IMG/VR virus record: IMGVR_UViG_3300035659_000006
Strand: one strand, 5' to 3'
DNA length: 20,000 nucleotides
From: an uncultured virus (IMG/VR IMGVR_UViG_3300035659_000006)
Taxonomy: Duplodnaviria > Heunggongvirae > Uroviricota > Caudoviricetes
Shown in pieces: positions 7,922 through 15,918 of the stretch. Below the pieces are notes generated by a model. The model worked only from the letters and a program-made list of their open reading frames with translations, was not told where the DNA came from and made no database searches. Numbering within the stretch: the stretch's first letter is position 1; the number at the start of each line of letters is the position of its first letter. The translations under genes and the position numbers were made by a program.

Positions 7922-8128
7922 CTACTCCCCCTCGCCCAGCGGCGGCGTCAGGAGCAGGCTCTCGCGGACCTGCACCATCTCCCAGGCAGCCCAGACAGAG
8001 AACACGAGCAGCGACCGCTCTCTCTCCAGCATCTCAGAGGCAACGACCAGTGCCGTCTCCGCCGCAAGCAACGACGCCAGCGCCTGCTTCAGCTTCACTC
8101 GCACTTCGCAGTTGCTTCCAAAGGGCAC
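7922..8128 (-). CDS. Hypothetical 68-aa protein whose N-terminus resembles that of the minor head protein
   Basis: MPFGSNCE versus MPFGDRCQ at 7442; no clear SD. Confidence 0.4.
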   Translation of the reverse strand: MPFGSNCEVRVKLKQALASLLAAETALVVASEMLERERSLLVFSVWAAWEMVQVRESLLLTPPLGEGE

Positions 8129-8157
8129 GTCGCACGCTCGCTACAGGCCCTGGGCCT

Positions 8158-8421
8158 TCACGACCAACGCTCGAACACCACCTTGCCCGCAGGGTCGGTC
8201 ACCCGGACATCCAGCGTCTCGAAGTGCCCGCCCTCGTCCATGCGTGGCGGCTCCGGCGCCGGCGTCACGCCAGCGGCGGCCCAGGCCCAAGCCCAGCCGT
8301 CGCCGAAGCCGACGACGTGCGGCACCCGCACCTGCTGGAACTTCAGGGCCAGCACCTGCTGCACGGCTTGGTACGCCATGTGGATGCGCTTCTTCATGTC
8401 GGCGTCGTACTGCACGACCAT
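8158..8421 (-). CDS. Hypothetical protein
   Basis: AAGGAGGT SD; fills the operon gap. Confidence 0.65.
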   Translation of the reverse strand: MVVQYDADMKKRIHMAYQAVQQVLALKFQQVRVPHVVGFGDGWAWAWAAAGVTPAPEPPRMDEGGHFETLDVRVTDPAGKVVFERWS

Positions 8422-8433
8422 CGTCAGACCTCC

Positions 8434-8634
8434 TTACAACTGCCTGCCGCAGTACCGGCAGCTCGTCGGGCCGTTCTGATAGAGCATCTGCCAGCGCCCG
8501 CAGTGGCTGCACTTCACCGAGCGGCTGTAGCTACCGCCCAGCGGCGACGGCGCTCCGGGCCCATAAGGTGCCACCGGCGGCCTGACTCGCAGCGCCATGC
8601 GGGCGGCTCTTCCCTTGACCCAGCGCTTGCCCAA
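8434..8634 (-). CDS. Small zinc-ribbon protein
   Basis: CSHCG...CRYCG; abuts the upstream stop; start uncertain. Confidence 0.55.
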   Translation of the reverse strand: MGKRWVKGRAARMALRVRPPVAPYGPGAPSPLGGSYSRSVKCSHCGRWQMLYQNGPTSCRYCGRQL

Positions 8635-8636
8635 CG

Positions 8637-9035
8637 TTACTTCGCCTCCGCTGCTGACAGTGCCCGCAGCTTCGGCTTGGGGCCGGGCTTTCGCGATCCC
8701 TCTCGTCTCTCGCCAAGGAGCCGCTCTCCCTTGAGCACCTTCAGGGCTCTGGCGATGCGCCGCACCTGCTGCCTTCTCAACTTCGCCTCCCTGCGGTAGG
8801 CGGCCACATGGCTGTCGGCGCGGCTGGCGATGTTCTGCACAAGCTCCAGGGCCTTGGAGACCAGGTCAATCAACTGCTCATAGGGGTCGCGGGCCGGTTC
8901 ACTGGGCGAGGGCTGCAGGGCGGGTGACGGGCGGTGCCGCTGCCGGTAGCCACACTGGAGGCAATAGTCCTCATTCTCCATGGTATCTAGCGCCAACTGG
9001 CCGTTGTGGCAGTGGGGGCACGGTACGTTCATCAT
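8637..9035 (-). CDS. Zinc-ribbon plus coiled-coil/basic protein
   Basis: CPHCHNG...CLQCGY N-terminus, helical basic C-terminus; starts 3 nt after the portal stop. Confidence 0.75.
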   Translation of the reverse strand: MMNVPCPHCHNGQLALDTMENEDYCLQCGYRQRHRPSPALQPSPSEPARDPYEQLIDLVSKALELVQNIASRADSHVAAYRREAKLRRQQVRRIARALKVLKGERLLGERREGSRKPGPKPKLRALSAAEAK

Positions 9036-9038
9036 CGG

Positions 9039-10685
9039 CTACAGGCCCGGTATTTCGGCCTCCTCCAGGCTCTGCAGGCGCTCCTTGCGCGACTGGTCGT
9101 TGAGGGCCGTCAGCCGCTTCAGCCTGTCCTTGTAGCGCTCCGCAGCCCAGGCGGGCAGCTTCGCGGCGAAATCCGCCTTCTCGACGTTCAGCAGGTCGTC
9201 GAAGAAGGAGCGCACCGCCTCTGAGTCGGGGCCCAACTCCGCGAGCCTAACCGCTATTGTCTCCATGACATCGGCGGGCAGGACCTCGGAGCGGAACGAG
9301 CGGGGTGGTGCCTCGCCCTTTGCCACGCGCGTCGCGAAGCGTTTCCAGCGACGCAGCTCGTCGACTTCGGCCTGCGAATTTTCGGGCGCCCGAAAATCGC
9401 GCTTCTCAGCCTCCTCACCGACGACCTGAGCGTTCGCTGGCATGTAGAAGCGCTCGCCGCCAGGATAGCCAGGTTTGCCCCGCTTGGCCCGCTCCTCGTT
9501 CGGATTGCTCAAGCCCCACTGGACACGGCGGACACCATTCGTCGTCTCCGTCGTGTCATCCCCAAACGTGGGCCGGCGGAAGCGGAACAGCCAGTTGCGG
9601 ACGCCAATGCCCTTGAACCAGAGGTTCAGCGTCTCTTCGACCGGCTCCTGGAGAGGGCGGGACTCCTGGCGATATACGATCTCGATGAGCTGTTCGAGGG
9701 TACTCCTGTTGATATCTTCCACGGCGCCAAGGACCCCGGCGGGCGTCCCCACCACGCTGAGCATCTCATCGCGGTTGAACTTGCGACCCCTGAGGTACTC
9801 CTGGTCGCGCCCAAAGGCCTGCCCGAACGCCTTGTACTCCGCCAGGCCCTGGATCGCTGCGAACGCCTTGTTGGCGTTCTCGACGCCGCCGTAGAGGTTG
9901 TCCAGGACTTCGCGGTTCTCGCGCATGATGTCCTCGCTGAGATCGGGGGCGAAGACAAAGGCGCCAGGGGGAGTTCGGTTGTTCTTAAAAGTATTGCGAT
10001 TCCAGACCTGCGAGTACAAATCAGTCGTAGCAGCCATTTCCAGCGACTCCAGGTCAGAGACGCCCAGGCGCCCGTCCACGTCGGGGATCTCAAAGCGGAT
10101 CACTTCGTCCTGGGCAAACGTCTGGCGCCCGCCCGGCATGACCTGGACGTAGGCCTCGTCGCGGCTCAGGAACTGGCCGAAGCGGTCCACCTTCGGGAGC
10201 ACCATCCCGAACATGACCTGGAAGTCGATGACATCGCCGAAGCCGTTGGGCACGATCTCCCAGTAGACCTCCGACAAGAGCTTGAGGCGGGCAAAGGTGA
10301 CATAGAACTTCTGCCTGGGTAGGCTCCACTGCCTGATGTTGACGACGTCGCCGATCTCCGGCTCGAAGAGGCGGGTGAGGAAGGCGAGTTCATCCTCCGC
10401 GGTGGCATCCTGCTCCTGGTCCGAGGGCACGAACTCCCAGCCTTCCGAGACGGCGATGTGGGCGATGCGGCGGATGCCAGCCCGGACCCAGGACTCACGG
10501 CGCCAGAGGCCCAGCAACTCCTGGCGGCTCACGTAGGGGCTGCCAATGCCGGCCATGCCGACCAGGCCGCTCAGTCCTCCGACACCCGGCAGCATGCCGG
10601 AACGGATGCGCGGCTGATCCTTCTCGCTCTTTTCGACGGTTTGCTGGCGGTAGGAGTCGGGGACCCAGATCGAGACCTCGGCCAT
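9039..10685 (-). CDS. Phage portal protein
   Basis: WVRAGIRRIA, EVYWEIV, DEVIRF, G.SDLESL, FKNNRTPPG, YGGVENA, DQEYLRGRKFNRDEM..V.G.P, NPNEERAKRG..GYPGG (HK97/PBSX-type portal motifs). Confidence 0.95.
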   Translation of the reverse strand: MAEVSIWVPDSYRQQTVEKSEKDQPRIRSGMLPGVGGLSGLVGMAGIGSPYVSRQELLGLWRRESWVRAGIRRIAHIAVSEGWEFVPSDQEQDATAEDELAFLTRLFEPEIGDVVNIRQWSLPRQKFYVTFARLKLLSEVYWEIVPNGFGDVIDFQVMFGMVLPKVDRFGQFLSRDEAYVQVMPGGRQTFAQDEVIRFEIPDVDGRLGVSDLESLEMAATTDLYSQVWNRNTFKNNRTPPGAFVFAPDLSEDIMRENREVLDNLYGGVENANKAFAAIQGLAEYKAFGQAFGRDQEYLRGRKFNRDEMLSVVGTPAGVLGAVEDINRSTLEQLIEIVYRQESRPLQEPVEETLNLWFKGIGVRNWLFRFRRPTFGDDTTETTNGVRRVQWGLSNPNEERAKRGKPGYPGGERFYMPANAQVVGEEAEKRDFRAPENSQAEVDELRRWKRFATRVAKGEAPPRSFRSEVLPADVMETIAVRLAELGPDSEAVRSFFDDLLNVEKADFAAKLPAWAAERYKDRLKRLTALNDQSRKERLQSLEEAEIPGL

Positions 10686-10765
10686 GCCTAGACCTCTGGC
10701 TGCTTGGAGCGGGGATAGGCGACGCAGTAAGCGACGGACACGAGCCGGAACCTCTAGCCGACAGC

Positions 10766-11059
10766 CTAGCGCGTGGTTTCGCCTGCCCCTACTCTCTGTT
10801 GGCGCAGTCGCCTGATGATCTTGCTGACGGTGTCGGGCCTGAGACCGAGACGGCGGGCGATCTCCCTCCGGGCTAAGCCGGAATCATGGAGGCGCAGAAC
10901 CTCAGCCCCACGTTCGGCCACACGCAAGCCGTAGGTGCCCTGGGGCAGGTCGTAGCGACAAGCCGCCAAGGGACAGGTCAGGCAGGAGCCGTGCTCCTCA
11001 CAGCCGTCATCCCGGCGGTCCAGCTTCTCAGGGCGCGCTGTATACTGCCGCTTGCCCAT
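10766..11059 (-). CDS. Cys-cluster plus helix-turn-helix regulator (true start probably ATG 11059, not 11443)
   Basis: MGKRQY...DDGCEEHGSCLTCPLAACRYD followed by SGLARREIARRLGLRPDTVSKII HTH; GAGGTGG SD. Confidence 0.8.
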   Translation of the reverse strand: MGKRQYTARPEKLDRRDDGCEEHGSCLTCPLAACRYDLPQGTYGLRVAERGAEVLRLHDSGLARREIARRLGLRPDTVSKIIRRLRQQRVGAGETTR

Positions 11060-11456
11060 CTCGCCCCACCTCAGCAAGCCCAATCCGCTCATCGCTCCAT
11101 ACGCAGTTCGGAAAGCCATGCACTGGCCCGCCATACGGAAAGTTGCGACAGGTTGCCGGCCGCTTGGAGTAGATCGTGCACGTCGCAGGCTGGCCCGGCT
11201 CCCGAGACAGCCAAGGGCAGGCGAAAAGGCTCGGCTGGCGCCCCACTTCGTCCGGCTCACCATAGGGGCCAAGCTCGACCAGCTCGGCCACCCACCACCT
11301 CTCAGGGCCGGCCCAGTCCTTATCGAGCCACGCGAGCATTTGCTCCTTCGTGCCTGGCAAATGGAACCGCTCACAGCACTCACCACAACGGTTGCACTGA
11401 ATGGCCTCGAACTCCTGCCGGTTAACCGTCCGTAGCGACGCAAGATGCTTGCCCAT
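11028..11456 (-). CDS. YkgJ-family cysteine cluster (CxxCxxCC) protein
   Basis: CNRCGECC...CPWL...CTIYSKRPATCRNFP...C. Confidence 0.85.
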   Translation of the reverse strand: MGKHLASLRTVNRQEFEAIQCNRCGECCERFHLPGTKEQMLAWLDKDWAGPERWWVAELVELGPYGEPDEVGRQPSLFACPWLSREPGQPATCTIYSKRPATCRNFPYGGPVHGFPNCVWSDERIGLAEVGRDGQAAVYSAP

Positions 11457-14117
11457 CTACACCGCCTTTATCCGCTGCCCGCGGCTCTCCAGCCGACAGG
11501 CGGCAAATACCCGGAGGCAGTCGGCGCCATCATCTGGGTTACTCCGGCCCGTATTATCCGCTGGCTCCTCGGCATAGATGCCCGAGCTGATCTGCTTGCG
11601 GTGATACTGGCCCATATCTCGCCGGAGCCAGCGGCAGCGCGGATGCACCAGGAGGCCCCGGTGGCCCTGTGCGTCCCGAATCATGCGCCGGACCTCCTTC
11701 ACCCCGTCCACCACGCCGGTCTTCGTGGGAACCTTGACGGGCACGCCGAGCTGGCGGATGTAGGACTGAAGCTGCTTATCGGTCGAGCCGCAAAATGCGC
11801 TCGAAGGCTTGCGGTAGGCGCGGGCCTGGCCCGTGAGCTCGGCCTTGCGCCCCTCCTCCCAGGTGGTCTCCTGCCAGTACCAGATGCCCGTCTCGCGGCC
11901 AGCCGCGTCCAGCTCGCGCTTCTCCGAGAGCCACTTCACGACCTCCTCGTAGAGGGTCATGTTCGTGTACATCTCGTCGAAGACGTGGACCTGGCCGTTT
12001 GGCATCTCCTGGGCCGCCAGTAGGACCATCGGGTCGGGCGAGAAACCGTCGTCGCCAAGCCAGACTACAGGCACGCCGTCGGTATACTCTGCCTCCTCCG
12101 TCACGTTGGAGTCGGGGTCGCCGGGGGCGTCCACCCAGTTCTCGTAGACCAGGCCCTTGCGGGAAACGGTCCGACATAGGGACTGGCAATTCCACGTGTC
12201 GTCATCTGACTGCAGCCGCCGGTTGATCGCATCCGCCTTCTTGATGTGGCCCGTTGCCTCGCGGACCCGCCCCTGGCAGTCCTCCCAGAGCAGGCAGTCG
12301 TGGGGCTTCATCTCGACGCCGCGCTTCACCCGCTCGGCGTCCTCGCAGGTGGCGCAGGGCTCCATGCAGTCCAATAAGCAGCTCGCGTAGACCGCGATCC
12401 CGCGGGCCGGTGCCTCGGTCAGCAGCCGGTTCATCGGGCCGAACGATGTCACCATGGCGGAGGCATAGAGCGTCTGGGCCGGGTAGCGGTCGCTGGACAT
12501 GGGCATCCCGACGAACTGCTGGTAGACGTCCCAGGCCATGAGGTCGAACTCATCGGCGACGCAGAAATTGGGGTGGGGGCCAGAGGTTGCGCCGATGGTG
12601 TTCCCCACAAGCAGACCCGAGCACAGAGCGTAGTTGTGCGTCCCCTCGACCGTGATGTCGTAGCGCCAGTAGCGCCTCGCTGTCCTCTCCAGGCGGCCTA
12701 TCCTTACGGGCACGGCACCGAAGCCGCTGTGCTGAGTGATCGGGCCGCCGCGCCACCGTTTGTACCCCTGTCCCTTGGGTCCCTTCGTTGACACATCGAT
12801 CCACGGCGCGACCAGTTCCGTTAGCCTTGCACTCCCAGGACTGCTACAGCAATACTCGTACCTCTCACCCGTCTTGCTCGCAGCCGGCCGCCATCGGCCT
12901 GTGACGCCCAATCGCCGGAGATAATCGCCTGCGGCCTCACGCTCGCCTCGGTCAAATGACATGGCGCAGATTTTCCAAAAGCCAGTCGGGCGGCCACGAC
13001 CGTGCCATGGGCCACTCACCGAATAGCCGCCATCATCCATGACCCAGACAGCCAGACCGAGCCGACTGAGTCGGGCGAAGGTCCCCAGCGGTATTCTCTT
13101 GACGCCCGTTCCATACCAGTCGCGGCGGGCTAGGCTAAACGGCAGCGCCGCCCCGCTCTCCCACGCAAAGGTTGCTTTGGCCGGGCGATCAGCCACCGTA
13201 CCGCCAAACTCACTGAAAACCTCAACTATCCAGTCGAGGTAACTTCGCTGCCAGTAGGCATGGCTAACCCGAAGAACGCCCGCATTATCCTTAACCGAGC
13301 CGTCTCCAAGCATCAGCCCAAGCAGAACCTGCGCTTGCTCGTCCGAGAGTATTTGCCCATGCACGAGCACCTCGTCACCCTCTGAGAGACAGCCGAGTGG
13401 AACCTTGCGGCCACCAGGTACGACGACCTCGTGGCCGGGGGTCAGCTTGAAGTCGCTCGGCCCGCGTTTTCCTGGGTCGAGGCGTCCTCGGATCCACTCA
13501 GTCGTGGGGCCGTTGCTGAACCAGTCAACAATCCGCCGCCATTGCCATTCACCGAGGCCAAAGTCATATGAGAGAACTGGCCCTGGCAGTCTCTTTGCTA
13601 CGATCTCTTCGATGCGAACCGGCCCATCAGGGGTGATGACTCTCTGGTAGCCCGGCAGGCACCCAGGGAGCACTTCCAGCCGGCTCCCGTTCTTCCAGCG
13701 CGTCTCCGACATCAGCGGGTCCTGGGCCAGGGCCCGGCGGAAGTGTGGGTCGCGGAAGTACTCCTTCAGGTAGCTGTAGTTGAGGTTAGCCTGGCGCTGG
13801 ATGGCACCAACGTGGGAGGTCTGGAAGCCGTCACGGTAGTGGTGGTCAAGGAGATGCAGGATGGACAAGTCGCGGGTCTTTCCAGAGCCTCGGGCCCCGT
13901 GGACAGCGGCCGAGGATACGCGACCGAAGTACATGTCGGCGAGAAACCGGAACGGCGCTACGTGTTCCGGGCAGACGGCCCGCCAGGCGATGTGGAAGCC
14001 CAGGATGTACCAGATCCAGTACCAGAGCTGCTCGTCGGTCTGGGGCCCGATCTCCTTGAGCCGCCGGAGGGATGCGACCGCCCGTTCGCGCTGGTACTGC
14101 TCAAGAGCAGTGCTCAC
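11457..14117 (-). CDS. terL: Terminase large subunit, intein-containing (about 532 aa after splicing)
   Basis: Walker A GARGSGKT, Walker B CVADE, nuclease motifs DDGFSPDP, VFDE, GLLVHPRC, DDGADCLR; lies upstream of portal. Confidence 0.93.
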   Translation of the reverse strand: MSTALEQYQRERAVASLRRLKEIGPQTDEQLWYWIWYILGFHIAWRAVCPEHVAPFRFLADMYFGRVSSAAVHGARGSGKTRDLSILHLLDHHYRDGFQTSHVGAIQRQANLNYSYLKEYFRDPHFRRALAQDPLMSETRWKNGSRLEVLPGCLPGYQRVITPDGPVRIEEIVAKRLPGPVLSYDFGLGEWQWRRIVDWFSNGPTTEWIRGRLDPGKRGPSDFKLTPGHEVVVPGGRKVPLGCLSEGDEVLVHGQILSDEQAQVLLGLMLGDGSVKDNAGVLRVSHAYWQRSYLDWIVEVFSEFGGTVADRPAKATFAWESGAALPFSLARRDWYGTGVKRIPLGTFARLSRLGLAVWVMDDGGYSVSGPWHGRGRPTGFWKICAMSFDRGEREAAGDYLRRLGVTGRWRPAASKTGERYEYCCSSPGSARLTELVAPWIDVSTKGPKGQGYKRWRGGPITQHSGFGAVPVRIGRLERTARRYWRYDITVEGTHNYALCSGLLVGNTIGATSGPHPNFCVADEFDLMAWDVYQQFVGMPMSSDRYPAQTLYASAMVTSFGPMNRLLTEAPARGIAVYASCLLDCMEPCATCEDAERVKRGVEMKPHDCLLWEDCQGRVREATGHIKKADAINRRLQSDDDTWNCQSLCRTVSRKGLVYENWVDAPGDPDSNVTEEAEYTDGVPVVWLGDDGFSPDPMVLLAAQEMPNGQVHVFDEMYTNMTLYEEVVKWLSEKRELDAAGRETGIWYWQETTWEEGRKAELTGQARAYRKPSSAFCGSTDKQLQSYIRQLGVPVKVPTKTGVVDGVKEVRRMIRDAQGHRGLLVHPRCRWLRRDMGQYHRKQISSGIYAEEPADNTGRSNPDDGADCLRVFAACRLESRGQRIKAV
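12600..13661 (-). mobile_element. Intein (354 aa) with a two-motif LAGLIDADG endonuclease
   Basis: VLPG|CLPGYQRVITPDG start, TPGH block B, LGLMLGDGS and LAVWVMDDG motifs, YDITVEGTHNY...LLVGN|T end. Confidence 0.95.
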
Positions 14118-14395
14118 TCGTCGACCTCGGATGCCTCCAGCCCCGACAGAAACGCCAAGCCCTCCTCGGGACTCAGGATTCTGAGCAGCCGGCCGTCCTG
14201 CAGCTCTATGTCGCCTTCGGCCCGGCCATGCCCGCAGCAGGAGCCGCGCATGTCCACGCCACCTCTCTGCAGAGCGTCTACCAGAGGAGCGATGCAGCGG
14301 TCTATCTGAGCCAGCTTCCAGTGCGCCTGGCCATTGCAGGCGAGGTCCGCCGAGATTGTCACCAGGACGGGGACGGTGTCACCCCACTTGCACAT
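14114..14395 (-). CDS. Conserved-looking phage protein with an SCCGHG motif
   Basis: IDRCIAPLVDAL..GGVDMRGSCCGHG; AGGAGG SD; GTGA overlap with terL. Confidence 0.75.
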   Translation of the reverse strand: MCKWGDTVPVLVTISADLACNGQAHWKLAQIDRCIAPLVDALQRGGVDMRGSCCGHGRAEGDIELQDGRLLRILSPEEGLAFLSGLEASEVDE

Positions 14396-14448
14396 CGGGT
14401 GCCTCCTGGGACCATCGCTTTCACGTTTTACGGAAAGTGTGCAATCGC

Positions 14449-14724
14449 CTACTCCCGGCGTACCGGGGCGCGCCTGGGCATCGGCCGTCGCCTGGGGCCT
14501 CGACCTAAGGGCGCCTTCTGGATCGGGACCGAACCCGCCGAGGCCAGCGGCACCGCCGCCCAGCCGTTGTCAAGGAGCTGCAGGCGGCCGCCGCGCTCCA
14601 TCAACCGGAGCAAGAGCGGCACCTCGGCCTTCTCCGTCCTAGCCGCGACCGCCAGCGCCTCGCTTTCGGTCTTCGCTTCCACCAGTTGGTCGATCACCAC
14701 GCGATGGCGTACTCGCCACTTCAT
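14449..14724 (-). CDS. Hypothetical protein
   Basis: GGAGGT SD; VEAKTESEALAVA motif. Confidence 0.6.
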   Translation of the reverse strand: MKWRVRHRVVIDQLVEAKTESEALAVAARTEKAEVPLLLRLMERGGRLQLLDNGWAAVPLASAGSVPIQKAPLGRGPRRRPMPRRAPVRRE

Positions 14725-14736
14725 CCTTGACCTCCC

Positions 14737-14886
14737 TCACGCCCACTCTCGGGCGCACTCCATGAGCCAGCGCCTCATGCGCCGTCTCCAGCGCCGGTGT
14801 CGCAACCGCCTCCAGAACCGGGCCATCCGCGGGTGCCGGTTGTGCGGACCTCCCCAGCCCAGGACCATCCACTGCCGGGCGTTCAT
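14737..14886 (-). CDS. Small Arg/Trp-rich protein (49 aa)
   Basis: Hand translation MNARQWMVLGWGGPHNRHPRMARFWRRLRHRRWRRRMRRWLMECAREWA; its stop abuts the next SD. Confidence 0.45.
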   Translation of the reverse strand: MNARQWMVLGWGGPHNRHPRMARFWRRLRHRRWRRRMRRWLMECAREWA

Positions 14887-14895
14887 TCAAGAACC

Positions 14896-14925
14896 TTGAC
14901 CTCATCTGGCATTCTTTGTTACGCT
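14896..14925 (+). promoter_or_regulatory. Sigma70-type promoter for a leaderless antisense gene
   Basis: TTGACC (14896-14901), 18-nt spacer ending in TGn, TACGCT (14920-14925); ATG at 14933 has no SD. Confidence 0.55.
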
Positions 14926-15073
14926 CCGTTACATGAAGCCTGTCTGCCCTGACTGCGGCTGTGGGAATGGGAAGCACAACCGATTCTGCCCACGGGGATA
15001 CACGGGCAGCCCGCCCAAGGCCGTCGGAGCCCCGCCGAAACGCAGCGTTACTCCGCCTGTAACGGAGCGTAAC
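14918..15073. repeat. 16-bp perfect inverted repeat GTTACGCTCCGTTACA (14918-14933) / TGTAACGGAGCGTAAC (15058-15073), plus an extra GTTAC box at 15047
   Basis: Read directly. Confidence 0.9.
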
Positions 15074-15193
15074 GATGTTCCCTGCGCTTGTGGCTGCGGG
15101 CAGACGGTGAAGGCGCGGCCCGTGTACTTCAACGCAGCCTGTCGGGTGCGGGCTGCGAGGAAGCGGAAGGCGTCAACAGCCCTCCCCGGTTGA
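14933..15193 (+). CDS. Small zinc-finger DNA-binding protein, antisense to the operon
   Basis: CPDCG...H...C; CACGCG...YFNAACRVRAARKRK (treble-clef/CGNR-like basic helix); fits the gap between minus-strand genes. Confidence 0.7.
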   Translation: MKPVCPDCGCGNGKHNRFCPRGYTGSPPKAVGAPPKRSVTPPVTERNDVPCACGCGQTVKARPVYFNAACRVRAARKRKASTALPG

Positions 15194-15197
15194 ACCT

Positions 15198-15872
15198 TCA
15201 CTCCACCACCTTCGCCTCGCCCTCGAACACCGGGCCCAGTTGCGGCGGCTCGCGACCCGTGCGCTTCTGGAAGACAGCCGCCACCACGGCGGTGATCTCG
15301 TCGTCCGTGGGCTCACCGAGCGGCGGCGTGCCGAGAGGCAGGAAGACGCCGAACTGGGCCGAGCCGCCGGGCCGGGGGTTCAGGCCGATGTCCTGGCCGA
15401 TGCGCCACAACATGTCGCCCACGCGCAGCAGAGTCTCGACGGCCTTGTCCACGCCGGGCATTGGGGCAGGCAGTCCTTCCTCCGTCTCAGTCGCCCGCGC
15501 CAGCCGTTCCTCCGCCAGCCGGTAGACCTGTTGTAGCGAGCGGAACAGGTCGACCTTGACATCGAGATCCTTGAGCTTCCGTTCGACCAAGCCGGCGGGC
15601 AGTATGTCCCCCGGTGGCATGTGCCGGTCCCGCCAGCGGGTGATGGTCCGGGCAGAGGGGAGCGGTGCCTTCTCCAAGAGGTCTCCGTACTGCCAGCGGA
15701 GCATACCCACGATGGTCTCGGAGCTGAAGCGGTGACACAGGAAGTCGCGGATTTCGTCGAAGAGGGGATGGGCCTCGACCGACTCGCCGAACCGATCCTC
15801 GGCTCCAGCCGGGAGTCCTATCTTCTCAGCGTCGGGGGTCTTCTTCCGGCGGGGCAAGCAGCACCCTTTCAT
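15198..15872 (-). CDS. HTH-like protein, candidate terminase small subunit
   Basis: VEAHP..DEI..FL....S.ETI...L...PSARTITRWRDRH followed by oligomerisation-like helices; upstream of terL; start may be the downstream TTG (MPRRKK). Confidence 0.5.
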   Translation of the reverse strand: MKGCCLPRRKKTPDAEKIGLPAGAEDRFGESVEAHPLFDEIRDFLCHRFSSETIVGMLRWQYGDLLEKAPLPSARTITRWRDRHMPPGDILPAGLVERKLKDLDVKVDLFRSLQQVYRLAEERLARATETEEGLPAPMPGVDKAVETLLRVGDMLWRIGQDIGLNPRPGGSAQFGVFLPLGTPPLGEPTDDEITAVVAAVFQKRTGREPPQLGPVFEGEAKVVE

Positions 15873-15918
15873 GTCCTCAGGTGGACACGTCCATCTTGCC
15901 CGACGGGGTAGAGAGCCT

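Noticed and set aside
11060..11443. N-terminal extension of the HTH ORF given by the track
   Set aside because: Overlaps the YkgJ-like gene; SD and motifs support ATG 11059
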